Shown here in pieces: positions 9,777 through 18,256 of a stretch of DNA of 23,476 nucleotides. The notes under the pieces were generated by a model. It was not told the DNA's origin and ran no database searches. It worked only from the letters and a program-made list of their open reading frames with translations. The first letter of the stretch is position 1. Every line of letters begins with the position of its first letter. Source of the stretch: a virus; the UHGV virus genome UHGV-0118082; one strand, 5' to 3'. A program made the position numbers and the translations under genes.

Positions 9777-10160
9777 ATGACACGCAGAACTCAGTTCAAA
9801 GGCAATTCACGTTCTCGTCGTCGTGAGCGTTTAAAGGCAAAGGCATTAGCTAACGGCGTACTGGCCCGCGAAGAAGCAATAAGTTCAGAAGTATTACACC
9901 GCCCTACTCTAAGCAGAGCGCAGATTCAGGCTAAAGGTACTCACGAAACGCCTGAGCGCATAGAAGACGCTAAGCCAATTAAGTTCATGGCACAGGACGT
10001 GATCTGGCAACAGAAAGAATACAGACGCAATCTGGAGAGAGCGGCCATTGTGTACGCGAATGAGTTTGGACATAAGCAACCAGAAACTGGTGTATGTCTT
10101 CCAAATGTAGCTCTTTACGCAGCAGGATACCGGAAATCAAAACAACTGACGGCGAGATGA
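9777..10160 (+). CDS. N-like transcription antiterminator (arginine-rich motif; P22 gp24/phage 21 N type)
   Basis: ATG at 9777 with AGGAGG Shine-Dalgarno; N-terminus MTRRTQFKGNSRSRRRERLKAKA is an arginine-rich RNA-binding motif; C-terminus LPNVALYAAGYRKSKQLTAR resembles P22 gp24. The track start at 9675 would include nutL and is rejected. Confidence 0.7.
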   Translation: MTRRTQFKGNSRSRRRERLKAKALANGVLAREEAISSEVLHRPTLSRAQIQAKGTHETPERIEDAKPIKFMAQDVIWQQKEYRRNLERAAIVYANEFGHKQPETGVCLPNVALYAAGYRKSKQLTAR

Positions 10161-10220
10161 CTTGTGTTGGTCGCCAGAAAATGAAATTAGGCAGCAAACC
10201 ACTTATTTGAGAGCTGATAC

Positions 10221-10463
10221 ATGAGAGTAAAAACTATGGGCGCAAGCCCATTAAGCGGTCGTATTTTTCAAGGAACATTAAACACTGAAAAAGGAATGTG
10301 GGTAGGAAAGAGAGAAGATGTCACCGATCAGGCAGTTAGGGCAGTAGCCGAACACATGATGATAAAAGACCAGAAATATGCATACGAAACGAAGGATGGC
10401 AAATGGCTGATAATAAGTCATCAACTGGTTGATAAATTACCAGAAGAGTTTGTTGATGGTTAA
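10221..10463 (+). CDS. Hypothetical early-left protein
   Basis: 80-aa ORF downstream of N on the same strand; no recognisable motif. Confidence 0.45.
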   Translation: MRVKTMGASPLSGRIFQGTLNTEKGMWVGKREDVTDQAVRAVAEHMMIKDQKYAYETKDGKWLIISHQLVDKLPEEFVDG

Positions 10464-10591
10464 ATTTGCTTTGGAATAAGCAACAGAATAAACACTGCAC
10501 TGTGTATTCATTCCAACGAGTGAATACACGGAGCAATGTCGCTCGTAACTAAACAGGAGCCGACTTGTTCTGATTATTGGAAATCTTCTTT

Positions 10592-10619
10592 GCCCTCCAA
10601 TGTGAGGGCAATTTTTTTT
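10592..10619 (+). terminator. Intrinsic terminator in early-left operon (tL1-like)
   Basis: GCCCTC-caatgt-GAGGGC hairpin followed by a T8 run. Confidence 0.65.
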
Positions 10620-10632
10620 GACGGAGTAAACG

Positions 10633-10881
10633 ATGATAAAAACTGATTATCCTGCAGAACTTAAACAAAAAGTAATAACAGCAATTAAATGCTCTTTTAT
10701 CTCATGTCGTACAGATGAAGAACGACATGTCGTTGAGTGTGCAATTGTCGAGTTTCTCACAGCGATGGAATTTACCGCAGCAGAATCAATAGACGTATTA
10801 AAGCAATCAGACGGAAATGATATTGAAACAGATGATGTTATTGACCGGCTAATAAAATCATTCGAAGAAGAAATAGAGTAG
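10633..10881 (+). CDS. Hypothetical early-left protein (acidic)
   Basis: 82-aa ORF with GGAG-type Shine-Dalgarno; no recognisable motif. Confidence 0.5.
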   Translation: MIKTDYPAELKQKVITAIKCSFISCRTDEERHVVECAIVEFLTAMEFTAAESIDVLKQSDGNDIETDDVIDRLIKSFEEEIE

Positions 10882-10964
10882 CCGCCTGAGCGCGGCTTTA
10901 CCGCATACCAATAACGCTTCACTTGAGGCGTTTTCGTTATGCAATCAAATATAAGGAGTTACCC

Positions 10965-11099
10965 ATGATGCACTTTCAGCTCGCGGGTAGCGGCGTCATG
11001 TCCGCTTTCTACCCGCACGAATCTGAATTATCACGCCGAGTTAAACAATTAATCAGAGCAGCAAAGAAACAACTGGAGGCGTTATGCGCAATGAAATAG
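10965..11099 (+). CDS. Small hypothetical protein (44 aa)
   Basis: AAGGAG Shine-Dalgarno 7 nt upstream of ATG; below track cutoff; overlaps start of next small ORF. Confidence 0.3.
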   Translation: MMHFQLAGSGVMSAFYPHESELSRRVKQLIRAAKKQLEALCAMK

Positions 11100-11236
11100 C
11101 CATCAATCACCAGATGCTTCGTGCAGCACAGAACAAAGCAGTAATAGCCAGATTTATTGGTGATTCAAAAATGTGGCTTGAAGCAAATAAAGCGATGAAA
11201 TCAGCTATCAACCTTCCGTGGTATCGCAGGAAATGA
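11084..11236 (+). CDS. Small hypothetical protein (50 aa)
   Basis: ATG at 11084; chained start/stop overlaps with flanking small ORFs, typical of phage early operons. Confidence 0.3.
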   Translation: MRNEIAINHQMLRAAQNKAVIARFIGDSKMWLEANKAMKSAINLPWYRRK

Positions 11237-11343
11237 GTTTTACAGATAACTGGTCAGACGAAGAATTTATTCGTCAGATGAAAGAAATGCTCAATCAGCA
11301 CAAAGAACAGGAGAAAGATGATGATTCTGACTCTGAAAGATGA
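11233..11343 (+). CDS. Small hypothetical acidic protein (36 aa)
   Basis: ATGA overlap with preceding ORF; very short, weak evidence. Confidence 0.25.
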   Translation: MSFTDNWSDEEFIRQMKEMLNQHKEQEKDDDSDSER

Positions 11344-11629
11344 GCGTGAAATATCGCAAATAATCGCAAGTTTTACTGATGAAGATTACGAACGAATCAA
11401 CAGTGAAGTTGATCGCCTCTGCAAACGTTGCGACCCAATAAGCGAAATGCTTCGCTCATATAAACCAGATGAACACACTAAGGACGCTATCGACTGGCTG
11501 GAAGATTATGACTGTAACTATCAGGAAAAAGCCGCTGAATGGTTCTGGGATGCAATAACCGAAAGAGTTAAGGCTGAATATGCCTTCGCAATATTCAAAC
11601 GCAGACACATTTTTGGAGAAGCAGCATGA
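11318..11629 (+). CDS. Hypothetical early-left protein
   Basis: 103-aa ORF, AGGAG Shine-Dalgarno upstream; ATGA overlap with the recombinase gene downstream. Confidence 0.5.
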   Translation: MMILTLKDEREISQIIASFTDEDYERINSEVDRLCKRCDPISEMLRSYKPDEHTKDAIDWLEDYDCNYQEKAAEWFWDAITERVKAEYAFAIFKRRHIFGEAA

Positions 11630-12537
11630 GCAATATCGTTGAATTCGTTAAACAGCAAGAGCAGTTATTCTGCGGAGCATTGACTGAACAGACGGTGACA
11701 TGGGCTAAGGAAAGCCAGTTTGCAATTCAGTATTTCCAGAAAAATGATTACCTGGCTAAAACAGCACTGGCAAATCCAACCAGCGCACAGAACGCCATCA
11801 TCAATGTTGCGGCGATCGGTATCACCTTAAACCCGGCTAGCAAACTGGCTTATCTGGTTCCGCGCGACGGCATGGTGTGCCTTGATATCAGTTATATGGG
11901 ATTGCTCCATATTGCAATGGAGTCTGGTGTTATCTCATGGGGTCAGGCAAAACTTGTTCATGCTAACGATACCTATGAGTCAAACGGGCTTGATAAAGCA
12001 CCAACCCATAAATACAACGCCTTCGGTGATCGTGGTGATATTGTTGGCGTTTACTGCACAGTTAAGACGCCAGCAGGTGATTATCTAACGGAAGAGATGA
12101 GTCTGGCTGAAATTGAGGCTGTAAGGAAAACAAGCAAGGCAGCATTCAGCGATAAAGGACCATGGGTAAATCACTGGAATGAGATGGCGCGAAAGACGGT
12201 CGTAAAGCGTGCAAGCAAGTATTGGCCTAAGGCATCACGTCTTGATAGTGCTATTCACGTACTAAACGAAGAAGAAGGTGTGTGGACTGAACCAGTTATG
12301 CCGCACAAATCAGAGGAAGATATCCGCGAAGATGAACGGAAACGACAGCAGGAAATTATGGAAAAAGCACAACTTCTTTGTGATGAAATGGCTCAGGCTG
12401 AAAACATGGATGATTTGAAGCGATATTTTGCAGAAGCATATCGCCTGACATCTGGAATGAAATTGCAGCAGAACGTACAAGCCATTTACATAGAATGCAA
12501 AGCGAAACTGGAGGTTGCCAGTGAGCAAACTGTATGA
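11626..12537 (+). CDS. RecT/Bet-family single-strand annealing recombinase
   Basis: 303 aa; GPWVNHWNEMARKTVVKRASKYWP parallels Rac RecT GPWVTHWEEMAKKTAIRRLFKYLP as recalled; early-left position of lambdoid recombination genes. Confidence 0.85.
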   Translation: MSNIVEFVKQQEQLFCGALTEQTVTWAKESQFAIQYFQKNDYLAKTALANPTSAQNAIINVAAIGITLNPASKLAYLVPRDGMVCLDISYMGLLHIAMESGVISWGQAKLVHANDTYESNGLDKAPTHKYNAFGDRGDIVGVYCTVKTPAGDYLTEEMSLAEIEAVRKTSKAAFSDKGPWVNHWNEMARKTVVKRASKYWPKASRLDSAIHVLNEEEGVWTEPVMPHKSEEDIREDERKRQQEIMEKAQLLCDEMAQAENMDDLKRYFAEAYRLTSGMKLQQNVQAIYIECKAKLEVASEQTV

Positions 12538-13003
12538 AATTGCCAATGAATACGCAAAATTGATGGATTCAGATTTAGAACCAGAGATGATTGCTGACAC
12601 AATAGAAGGCATGGAAGGAGAATTTACCGATAAAATAGAGCAACTTCTTTCCGTCATTAAAAATGAATCTGGTTATGCTGAACGCCTCAAGGAAGAGGCA
12701 AAGTCACTGAATGAGCGAGCCGCAGTAATTCAAAATAAGATTGACAGCATCAAATCATATATAGCGTCATCGCTTGAAATGGTTGGCAAGAAAAATATTC
12801 GAGCAGGTATTCACCAGGTAACAATCCGCAAACCGTCAGAAATTGTAGAAATAATCGACTCAAGCGCCCTTCCTCCTGAATACGTTGAGTTTGAAACGAC
12901 AATTAAAGCCGACAAACTGGCAATCAAACACCAACTAAAAGCAGGAATAAATATCCCCGGTGCTCAACTCAAAGTTGGGAAACCTTCACTTCTTATCAAA
13001 TAA
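12521..13003 (+). CDS. Gp157-like protein commonly paired with RecT-type recombinases (function unknown)
   Basis: GTG at 12521 preceded by GGAGG (track start 12515 is TTG); ~160 aa, charged helical N-terminal half; immediately follows recT with overlap. Confidence 0.5.
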   Translation: MSKLYEIANEYAKLMDSDLEPEMIADTIEGMEGEFTDKIEQLLSVIKNESGYAERLKEEAKSLNERAAVIQNKIDSIKSYIASSLEMVGKKNIRAGIHQVTIRKPSEIVEIIDSSALPPEYVEFETTIKADKLAIKHQLKAGINIPGAQLKVGKPSLLIK

Positions 13004-13014
13004 CGGTATCGCCT

Positions 13015-13329
13015 ATGAAAAAGACTCCATGGGAGAAATGGGAAGTCGATTTCTTGCGCGAAGTAGCGGCGACAATGCCAGTTGAAGTTATTGCTGAAAA
13101 ACTGGAAAGGACTGAAAAATCAGTTATGGCGAAAGCAACAAGGATTGGCGCTGACATTGTTAGCCGACTTCGTGGAAGACGCTGGACAAGAGCTGAAGTA
13201 TCACTTTTCGGTAAGTTCTCCGCAGAAGAAATAGCAATTGCAACCTGCCGCTCAATTTATTCAGTAAGAGCTATGCGATACAAGCTAAAAAAACTTGATG
13301 AAGAAAGAGCAGGCATACGAATAAATTAA
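13015..13329 (+). CDS. Hypothetical protein with two tandem W-x-E/R-containing helical repeats (possible DNA-binding)
   Basis: 104 aa; internal repeat [13 protein letters not shown]... and [13 protein letters not shown]... Confidence 0.45.
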   Translation: MKKTPWEKWEVDFLREVAATMPVEVIAEKLERTEKSVMAKATRIGADIVSRLRGRRWTRAEVSLFGKFSAEEIAIATCRSIYSVRAMRYKLKKLDEERAGIRIN

Positions 13330-13345
13330 CAAAGAGGAATTTACC

Positions 13346-13510
13346 ATGAGAGGACTTGCATACAATCCCGGCATTCTTCCGGCAGAAATGATTATTCGCC
13401 AACGCGTAAAGCCAATGCCATCGAGAGAGGAATTGCTTAAGAGAAATTCTTTTCCATCAGTGAATCAAAACAAATATCTGAATGCGATGTGGCGGAGTGG
13501 AAAAAAATGA
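13346..13510 (+). CDS. Small hypothetical protein (54 aa)
   Basis: AGAGGA Shine-Dalgarno, ATG at 13346; stop overlaps the ATG at 13507 (ATGA). Confidence 0.3.
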   Translation: MRGLAYNPGILPAEMIIRQRVKPMPSREELLKRNSFPSVNQNKYLNAMWRSGKK

Positions 13511-14091
13511 AACAAATGACACTAATTGAGATGGATGGTTTTCTGAAAGGCAAATGCATCCCAAGTGATTTAAATGTTAACGAAACAAACGCTGAATATC
13601 TTGTCCGTAAGTTCGGTGAACTTGAATCAAAACTAGAAACGGCGTTGCGGGAGTGTCGTTCTGCTGGAATCACGATTGATAACCTTGAGGCCAAGTGCGC
13701 GGCGCTGGCTGTGGAGAATGCGTGGCTGAATAAATTTATCGTACAGAGTTGCTACGTGTTTGACGGCGAGCAGGGTGAACTATCTGATGCGTATATCTGC
13801 GCAATAGACGGAAGGATGCCGCAAACCCAAGTCACCGACGCTTTTTTGGATGAAGTGAAGACTGAAGCACGCAAGGAGGGAGCTTACTTTGTGGCGAACA
13901 GAATGCTGGCTGCCTGGGAAGCTGGTTTTATTGATGATACTGCGAAGAACGCCGCGGATATTGCCAGGATGATTATTACCTCTACTGAGTTTATGGCTAA
14001 TGCGCCGGAAGGCGATTTTGACCGCTCATTCTCTGATGGCGTTCTCGAAGATATCGCCGCCCAGCTTCGCAAAGGATGTGATCAAAAATGA
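13507..14091 (+). CDS. Hypothetical early-left protein
   Basis: Track ORF begins at GTG 13489; first in-frame ATG at 13507 overlaps upstream stop; 194 aa; no recognisable motif. Confidence 0.5.
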   Translation: MKQMTLIEMDGFLKGKCIPSDLNVNETNAEYLVRKFGELESKLETALRECRSAGITIDNLEAKCAALAVENAWLNKFIVQSCYVFDGEQGELSDAYICAIDGRMPQTQVTDAFLDEVKTEARKEGAYFVANRMLAAWEAGFIDDTAKNAADIARMIITSTEFMANAPEGDFDRSFSDGVLEDIAAQLRKGCDQK

Positions 14092-14705
14092 CAATCACAA
14101 AACAACGAGTAGAAGAAATCATATCGCGCATTGAAATGTATGGGCATGGTGCAGGGTATACCGTTGACGAGGTTTATGACCTTGCTGTACTGGCGTTGAA
14201 TTTATCAAATATCGCAAACCTTAAGCGATACGAGCTTGATATGGATGGTTGCGACTCGTTCGGTCAGGATTGTGGCGCTGACATGACTGAAGATCCTGAT
14301 GGCGATTATGTCCTGTTTGATGACGTGGTTAAGTTGTTTGAGTTTGATACAACCACCAAGAAGTTAGAAACCCCAGCCACCGACGCTTTCCTTGCTGAAG
14401 TACTGGCGCAGGTGGTGAAATCGCCATCCAATGCCGTTCAGTCAGTAATTGCAGAGCGTCAACGCCATCAATCAGCTGAGGGATGGACGCCTGAGCATGA
14501 TGACCAGTACAGCAAATCGCAGTTACTGTGGGCATCCTCATGCTACGTACTGAATGCCATCCATCCATTTAACCGCATTCCATTTGACTGGCCGTGGACA
14601 CCAGAATGGTGGAAGCGGACAAATCCACGCCGTGACCTGGTGAAAGCTGGCGCACTTATTCTGGCCGAAATTGAACGCATAGACCGCCAGGAGTCCGCCC
14701 AATGA
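14088..14705 (+). CDS. Hypothetical early-left protein
   Basis: 205 aa, ATGA-coupled to flanking genes. Confidence 0.5.
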   Translation: MTITKQRVEEIISRIEMYGHGAGYTVDEVYDLAVLALNLSNIANLKRYELDMDGCDSFGQDCGADMTEDPDGDYVLFDDVVKLFEFDTTTKKLETPATDAFLAEVLAQVVKSPSNAVQSVIAERQRHQSAEGWTPEHDDQYSKSQLLWASSCYVLNAIHPFNRIPFDWPWTPEWWKRTNPRRDLVKAGALILAEIERIDRQESAQ

Positions 14706-15208
14706 GCAACATCAACAAACAGGCGCTGCGTGAAGCGGCGGAGAAAGCAACGTGTGGTGTGTGGTCGCTCGAATATGGAGAGGAGAGATTTGATGCTGGT
14801 GATGCGCTAATTCATCGTGAAGTTGTTGGATATCTTCCCATTTGCAGAATTGAAGGAGCGCATCCAGAAAGCGGTTTCGATGAAGATTTCCAAATGGAAC
14901 AGCAGGCCAATGCTGAATTCATCACCGCAGCCAATCCGGCTACCGTCTTGGCGCTGCTGGATGAGCTGGAGAAGATGCAGGCGCAATCGTCCAAATGGTG
15001 CGAAGCCTTCCATAAAGCCGTTTCCGTTGGCGCTCGGTATGAGGAGCGGATTGCTGAACTGGAAGCACGGGAAATATCGCTCCCAGAACGTAGCAGTATG
15101 CTTCATCGAACAGATTTTCACGAGGATTACCAAACGGTAATGGCATACAAAGTTTCTGAAGTCATCGCTGCAATCCGCGCCGCAGGCATTCGCATCAAAG
15201 GAGAGTGA
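14702..15208 (+). CDS. Hypothetical early-left protein (loosely reminiscent of Ead/Ea22-like prophage proteins)
   Basis: 168 aa, ATGA-coupled; last gene before an intrinsic terminator. Confidence 0.5.
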   Translation: MSNINKQALREAAEKATCGVWSLEYGEERFDAGDALIHREVVGYLPICRIEGAHPESGFDEDFQMEQQANAEFITAANPATVLALLDELEKMQAQSSKWCEAFHKAVSVGARYEERIAELEAREISLPERSSMLHRTDFHEDYQTVMAYKVSEVIAAIRAAGIRIKGE

Positions 15209-15288
15209 TATGAGCACTGGATGATATGGGCGCAGATAGCGCATGCAGACGTAACCAATATTCGAATTGAAGAACTGAAAGAACACCA

Positions 15289-15313
15289 AGCCGCCTGATG
15301 GCGGTTTTTTATT
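15289..15313 (+). terminator. Intrinsic terminator after the early-left gene block
   Basis: CCGCC-tgat-GGCGG hairpin followed by TTTTTTATT. Confidence 0.7.
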
Positions 15314-15355
15314 GCCTGATTTGCAGGTTCGATTCCCTATTCGGAGATAGCACTC

Positions 15356-15556
15356 ATGCAACACGAACTACAACCTGATTCACTGGTTGATTTGAAATTC
15401 ATCATGGCTGATACTGGCTTTGGTAAAACCTTCATCTATGACCGGATTAAGTCCGGCGACCTGCCAAAAGCCAAAGTTATCCACGGGCGAGCAAGATGGT
15501 TATATCGTGACCATTGTGAATTCAAAAATAAGCTCTTAAGCCGCGCCAATGGGTAA
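15356..15556 (+). CDS. AlpA/Xis-like small HTH protein (excisionase or regulator) upstream of integrase
   Basis: 66 aa; LKFIMADTGFGKTFIYDRIKSGDLPKAKVIHGRARWLYRDHCEF fits the AlpA/excisionase HTH pattern; GGAGA Shine-Dalgarno. Confidence 0.7.
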   Translation: MQHELQPDSLVDLKFIMADTGFGKTFIYDRIKSGDLPKAKVIHGRARWLYRDHCEFKNKLLSRANG

Positions 15557-15828
15557 AATAGCGGGTAAAATATTTTTCACATCTAAAAAACACCATTCCA
15601 ATCAATCCCCTGCCGCCTCAAGTAGATGTCTGCAGGGGACAATACCTTTTCATTTCATCACGTTTCAACACACTTCACCTCCCCCCTTAAAACCAGCAAA
15701 ATCAGGGCCTGTCGCCTTGAACATGGTTTCAGTTGATTTCATGACATTACATGATTCTGATGGTATCGTTGATGGTACTCACGGTTCGATAAACCGATAC
15801 CATCAACTGACAACAAAGATTACTCTCC
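15557..15828 (+). promoter_or_regulatory. Integrase leader with direct and inverted repeats; candidate Int arm-type sites/att region
   Basis: GGGTAAAATA direct repeat (15551-15560, 15563-15572); inverted repeat GATGGTATCG / CGATACCATC (15759-15768, 15795-15804) plus an extra GATGGTAC copy; hairpin CCCCTGC...GCAGGGG at ~15607-15638. The track ORF 15549-15842 is considered non-coding. Confidence 0.3.
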
Positions 15829-17100
15829 ATGGCACTAAATGAGCTATCACCCAAGAAAGTTGAAAACGCTAAACCCAAAGAAACAGACTACAAACTGACG
15901 GATGGGGGAAGCCTGTATCTTTTAGTTAAAAAGAACGGGACCAAGGCATGGCGAATGAACTACAGATTTAACGGCAAACAAGCTACGCTGGCTTTGGGCG
16001 TTTTCCCAGACGTTTCGCTGGCACTTGCCCGTAAGCGTAGAGATGAAGCAAGGCAACTTTTAGCCGACGGTGTTGATCCCAGAGTATCTAAAAAAGCAGC
16101 GCCAACAGAACCCGCCTCTGCTACATTCCAGACAATCGCTTTAGAGTGGCATAAAGGCTCTATAGGCCATCCCTCATGGAAAGAGATTACCCGCACTAAA
16201 ATTTTAAGAGAAATGGAAAATCATATTTTCCCATATATCGGAAATAAACCCATCGACTCATTAAAAACAAGTGACCTGTTGCCATTATTGGTGAGGATGA
16301 GTGATCAGGGAATTGGAGCAACAACAGGAAGAGTGAAAACTACTCTTGCAAGCGTTTTCCGGTACGCTATTCAGCGTGGAATTGTTGAATACAATCCTAC
16401 CCATGATCTAAGAGGAGCAATTTCCAGCCCCAAAATAAAGCATCGCCCTGCACTTCCGTTAGAACGATTACCCGAATTAATATCAAAAATTGATAGCTAT
16501 ACAGGGAGGCCGTTAACTAAGCTGGCAGTATTATTTTCTCTTCATACTTTTGTTCGCTCCAGTGAACTGAGACACGCAAGATGGGAGGAAATTAATTTTG
16601 AAAATGCAATGTGGACTATTCCTGCTCAAAGAAAAAGAATTGATGGGGTAAAATATTCAGAGCGTGGGGCAAAAATGGGCAGTATTCATTATGTTCCATT
16701 ATCTAATGAAGCTATTGATGTTCTCGAAGCTATTAAAAAAATAAGTGGTGAGTATGAACTTATTTTCCCCGGAGATAGTAACCCTTACAAACCAATGAGT
16801 GAGAACACAGTTAATAAGTCATTAAGAATTATGGGGTACGACACGCAGGTGGACATTTGCCTTCATGGATTTAGGGCAATGGCGTGCTCAGCCCTGACAG
16901 AATCAGGCTTATGGTCGAGGGATGCAGTAGAACGGCAAATGAGCCATCAAGAACGAAATGAAGTGCGAGCCGCTTATGTACACTTAGCTCAGCATATGCA
17001 TGAACGTCGTCGGATGATGCAATGGTGGTCTAATTATATTGAAGCTAACACTGATAGATATATTGCCCCCTATAAAATGAAAAAACTACGCGTTGTTTGA
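15829..17100 (+). CDS. int: Tyrosine integrase, P4-type (DUF4102-like N-terminal arm-binding domain)
   Basis: 423 aa; N-terminal LYLLVKKNGTKAWRMNYRFNGK and C-terminal PMSENTVNKSLRIMGY...HGFRAMACS...ERQMSHQERNEVRAAYVH closely parallel P4 Int as recalled. Confidence 0.95.
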   Translation: MALNELSPKKVENAKPKETDYKLTDGGSLYLLVKKNGTKAWRMNYRFNGKQATLALGVFPDVSLALARKRRDEARQLLADGVDPRVSKKAAPTEPASATFQTIALEWHKGSIGHPSWKEITRTKILREMENHIFPYIGNKPIDSLKTSDLLPLLVRMSDQGIGATTGRVKTTLASVFRYAIQRGIVEYNPTHDLRGAISSPKIKHRPALPLERLPELISKIDSYTGRPLTKLAVLFSLHTFVRSSELRHARWEEINFENAMWTIPAQRKRIDGVKYSERGAKMGSIHYVPLSNEAIDVLEAIKKISGEYELIFPGDSNPYKPMSENTVNKSLRIMGYDTQVDICLHGFRAMACSALTESGLWSRDAVERQMSHQERNEVRAAYVHLAQHMHERRRMMQWWSNYIEANTDRYIAPYKMKKLRVV

Positions 17101-17174
17101 AAATAAGAAAATGGCTAATAGTAGTAAAGTCTGCTATTCGCCCCATTTTACCATATGTGCATACAGGTGACGTG

Positions 17175-18149
17175 ATGAGCGATAATACACGATTAAATGT
17201 TTGGGAAAGGAATAGTATTCCTGTAATGGAATTTTGCTCCCTAAAACGAGCTGCTGAACTACTTAATTGCCAAATTGATGACCTTATCCATTTTGCTCAA
17301 ATTGGAATTATCGAATTTTGCTTAGAATTAAATGGTTTCGAAGCTGCGCTAATGATGATGCGTAAAGGTGGAGATTTTAAAGATTGGGAAAACATGTACC
17401 CACCCAGAGTATTAAACTATAGTAATAAATCTGCATTAAGCCATTTCATACCAAAAGCAAAATTCGATATTGATTATACAGAAGATAAGCCATTTTCACC
17501 TCCAAAACAAATATACCATTTAGAAAACAAACCAAATATAAAAAGCCCATTAATCTTACTTTCTGGATTGTGGTCTATATGTGTCATCAGCCCAACATCT
17601 TCATTATACAAAGAACTAAAGGTATATGGTAAAGCAAGGCTATTAGCACATGATATTTCTTTTAAAGAAGCTAATATGCCATTCACTAATGCTGCATTTG
17701 GCAGTGATGAGTGGGTAATATTAGCAATGTCCCCTTTCGAAGGCTTATCATCAATAGAGGGATTAGTATCTCCATCTAATAAAAATATTATTGGAAATAT
17801 AACACTGGATGATATCTATTTAACAAGATACCAAATAGAAAAATTAGATAACGGTGTTGGCAAAGAGCTACCCAGCTATGTGAATGGTGGTGTATCCAGC
17901 ATCGAAAGCATCCGAAGAGTGCATGGTAATGTTGAAGCATCAGCAACAAAAAGAGAGGCAGTGTACAAAGCAGCTATTTATTGGTTACTAAATGACCCAG
18001 CATCTTGCAATGGAAAACGAGGAAAACTGACTATTGACGCGTGGGCAGATAAAATCGTGGCAGAAAGAAACAATCCAAAAACAAAGGTTGAACTTGGAAA
18101 AGATAAGATAAAAGAATGTCTTAGCTCATCTAAAGCAGGAAGATTTTAA
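17175..18149 (+). CDS. Hypothetical cargo protein, AT-rich, with possible N-terminal HTH; function unknown
   Basis: ATG at 17175 with AGGTGA Shine-Dalgarno (track start 17097 is TTG overlapping int stop); 324 aa; N-terminus FCSLKRAAELLNCQIDDLIHFAQIGII looks helix-turn-helix-like; no catalytic motif recognised; clearly more AT-rich than int and primase flanks. Confidence 0.6.
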   Translation: MSDNTRLNVWERNSIPVMEFCSLKRAAELLNCQIDDLIHFAQIGIIEFCLELNGFEAALMMMRKGGDFKDWENMYPPRVLNYSNKSALSHFIPKAKFDIDYTEDKPFSPPKQIYHLENKPNIKSPLILLSGLWSICVISPTSSLYKELKVYGKARLLAHDISFKEANMPFTNAAFGSDEWVILAMSPFEGLSSIEGLVSPSNKNIIGNITLDDIYLTRYQIEKLDNGVGKELPSYVNGGVSSIESIRRVHGNVEASATKREAVYKAAIYWLLNDPASCNGKRGKLTIDAWADKIVAERNNPKTKVELGKDKIKECLSSSKAGRF

Positions 18150-18220
18150 GTGGTAATATTTTATACCATCATAAAAACAAAATAGTGGCACTGATAATTT
18201 AGCCCTAACCTTGCCATCAT

Positions 18221-18248
18221 CTGCCGTGTTCATTACATAACACGGCAG
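18221..18248 (+). promoter_or_regulatory. Perfect 10-bp inverted repeat immediately upstream of alpA, overlapping its ribosome-binding region
   Basis: CTGCCGTGTT-cattacat-AACACGGCAG; right arm ends 8 nt before the alpA ATG; loop carries the CATTACA motif repeated at 18702-18747. Confidence 0.45.
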
Positions 18249-18256
18249 GTAATTTC

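Noticed and set aside
15313-15355. tRNA-like T-loop sequence GGTTCGATTCC near the terminator
   Set aside because: Flanking bases do not form a T-stem or acceptor stem, and there is no D-arm, anticodon arm or CCA context; not a tRNA gene, at most a degenerate att-core remnant.
15549-15842. Track ORF 15549-15842 (97 aa) upstream of int
   Set aside because: It overlaps the integrase start and runs through the repeat-rich leader; composition and repeats fit regulatory DNA better than a gene.
17097-17174. Cargo gene start at 17097 overlapping the integrase stop
   Set aside because: The codon at 17097 is TTG with no Shine-Dalgarno; the in-frame ATG at 17175 has a well-spaced AGGTGA.
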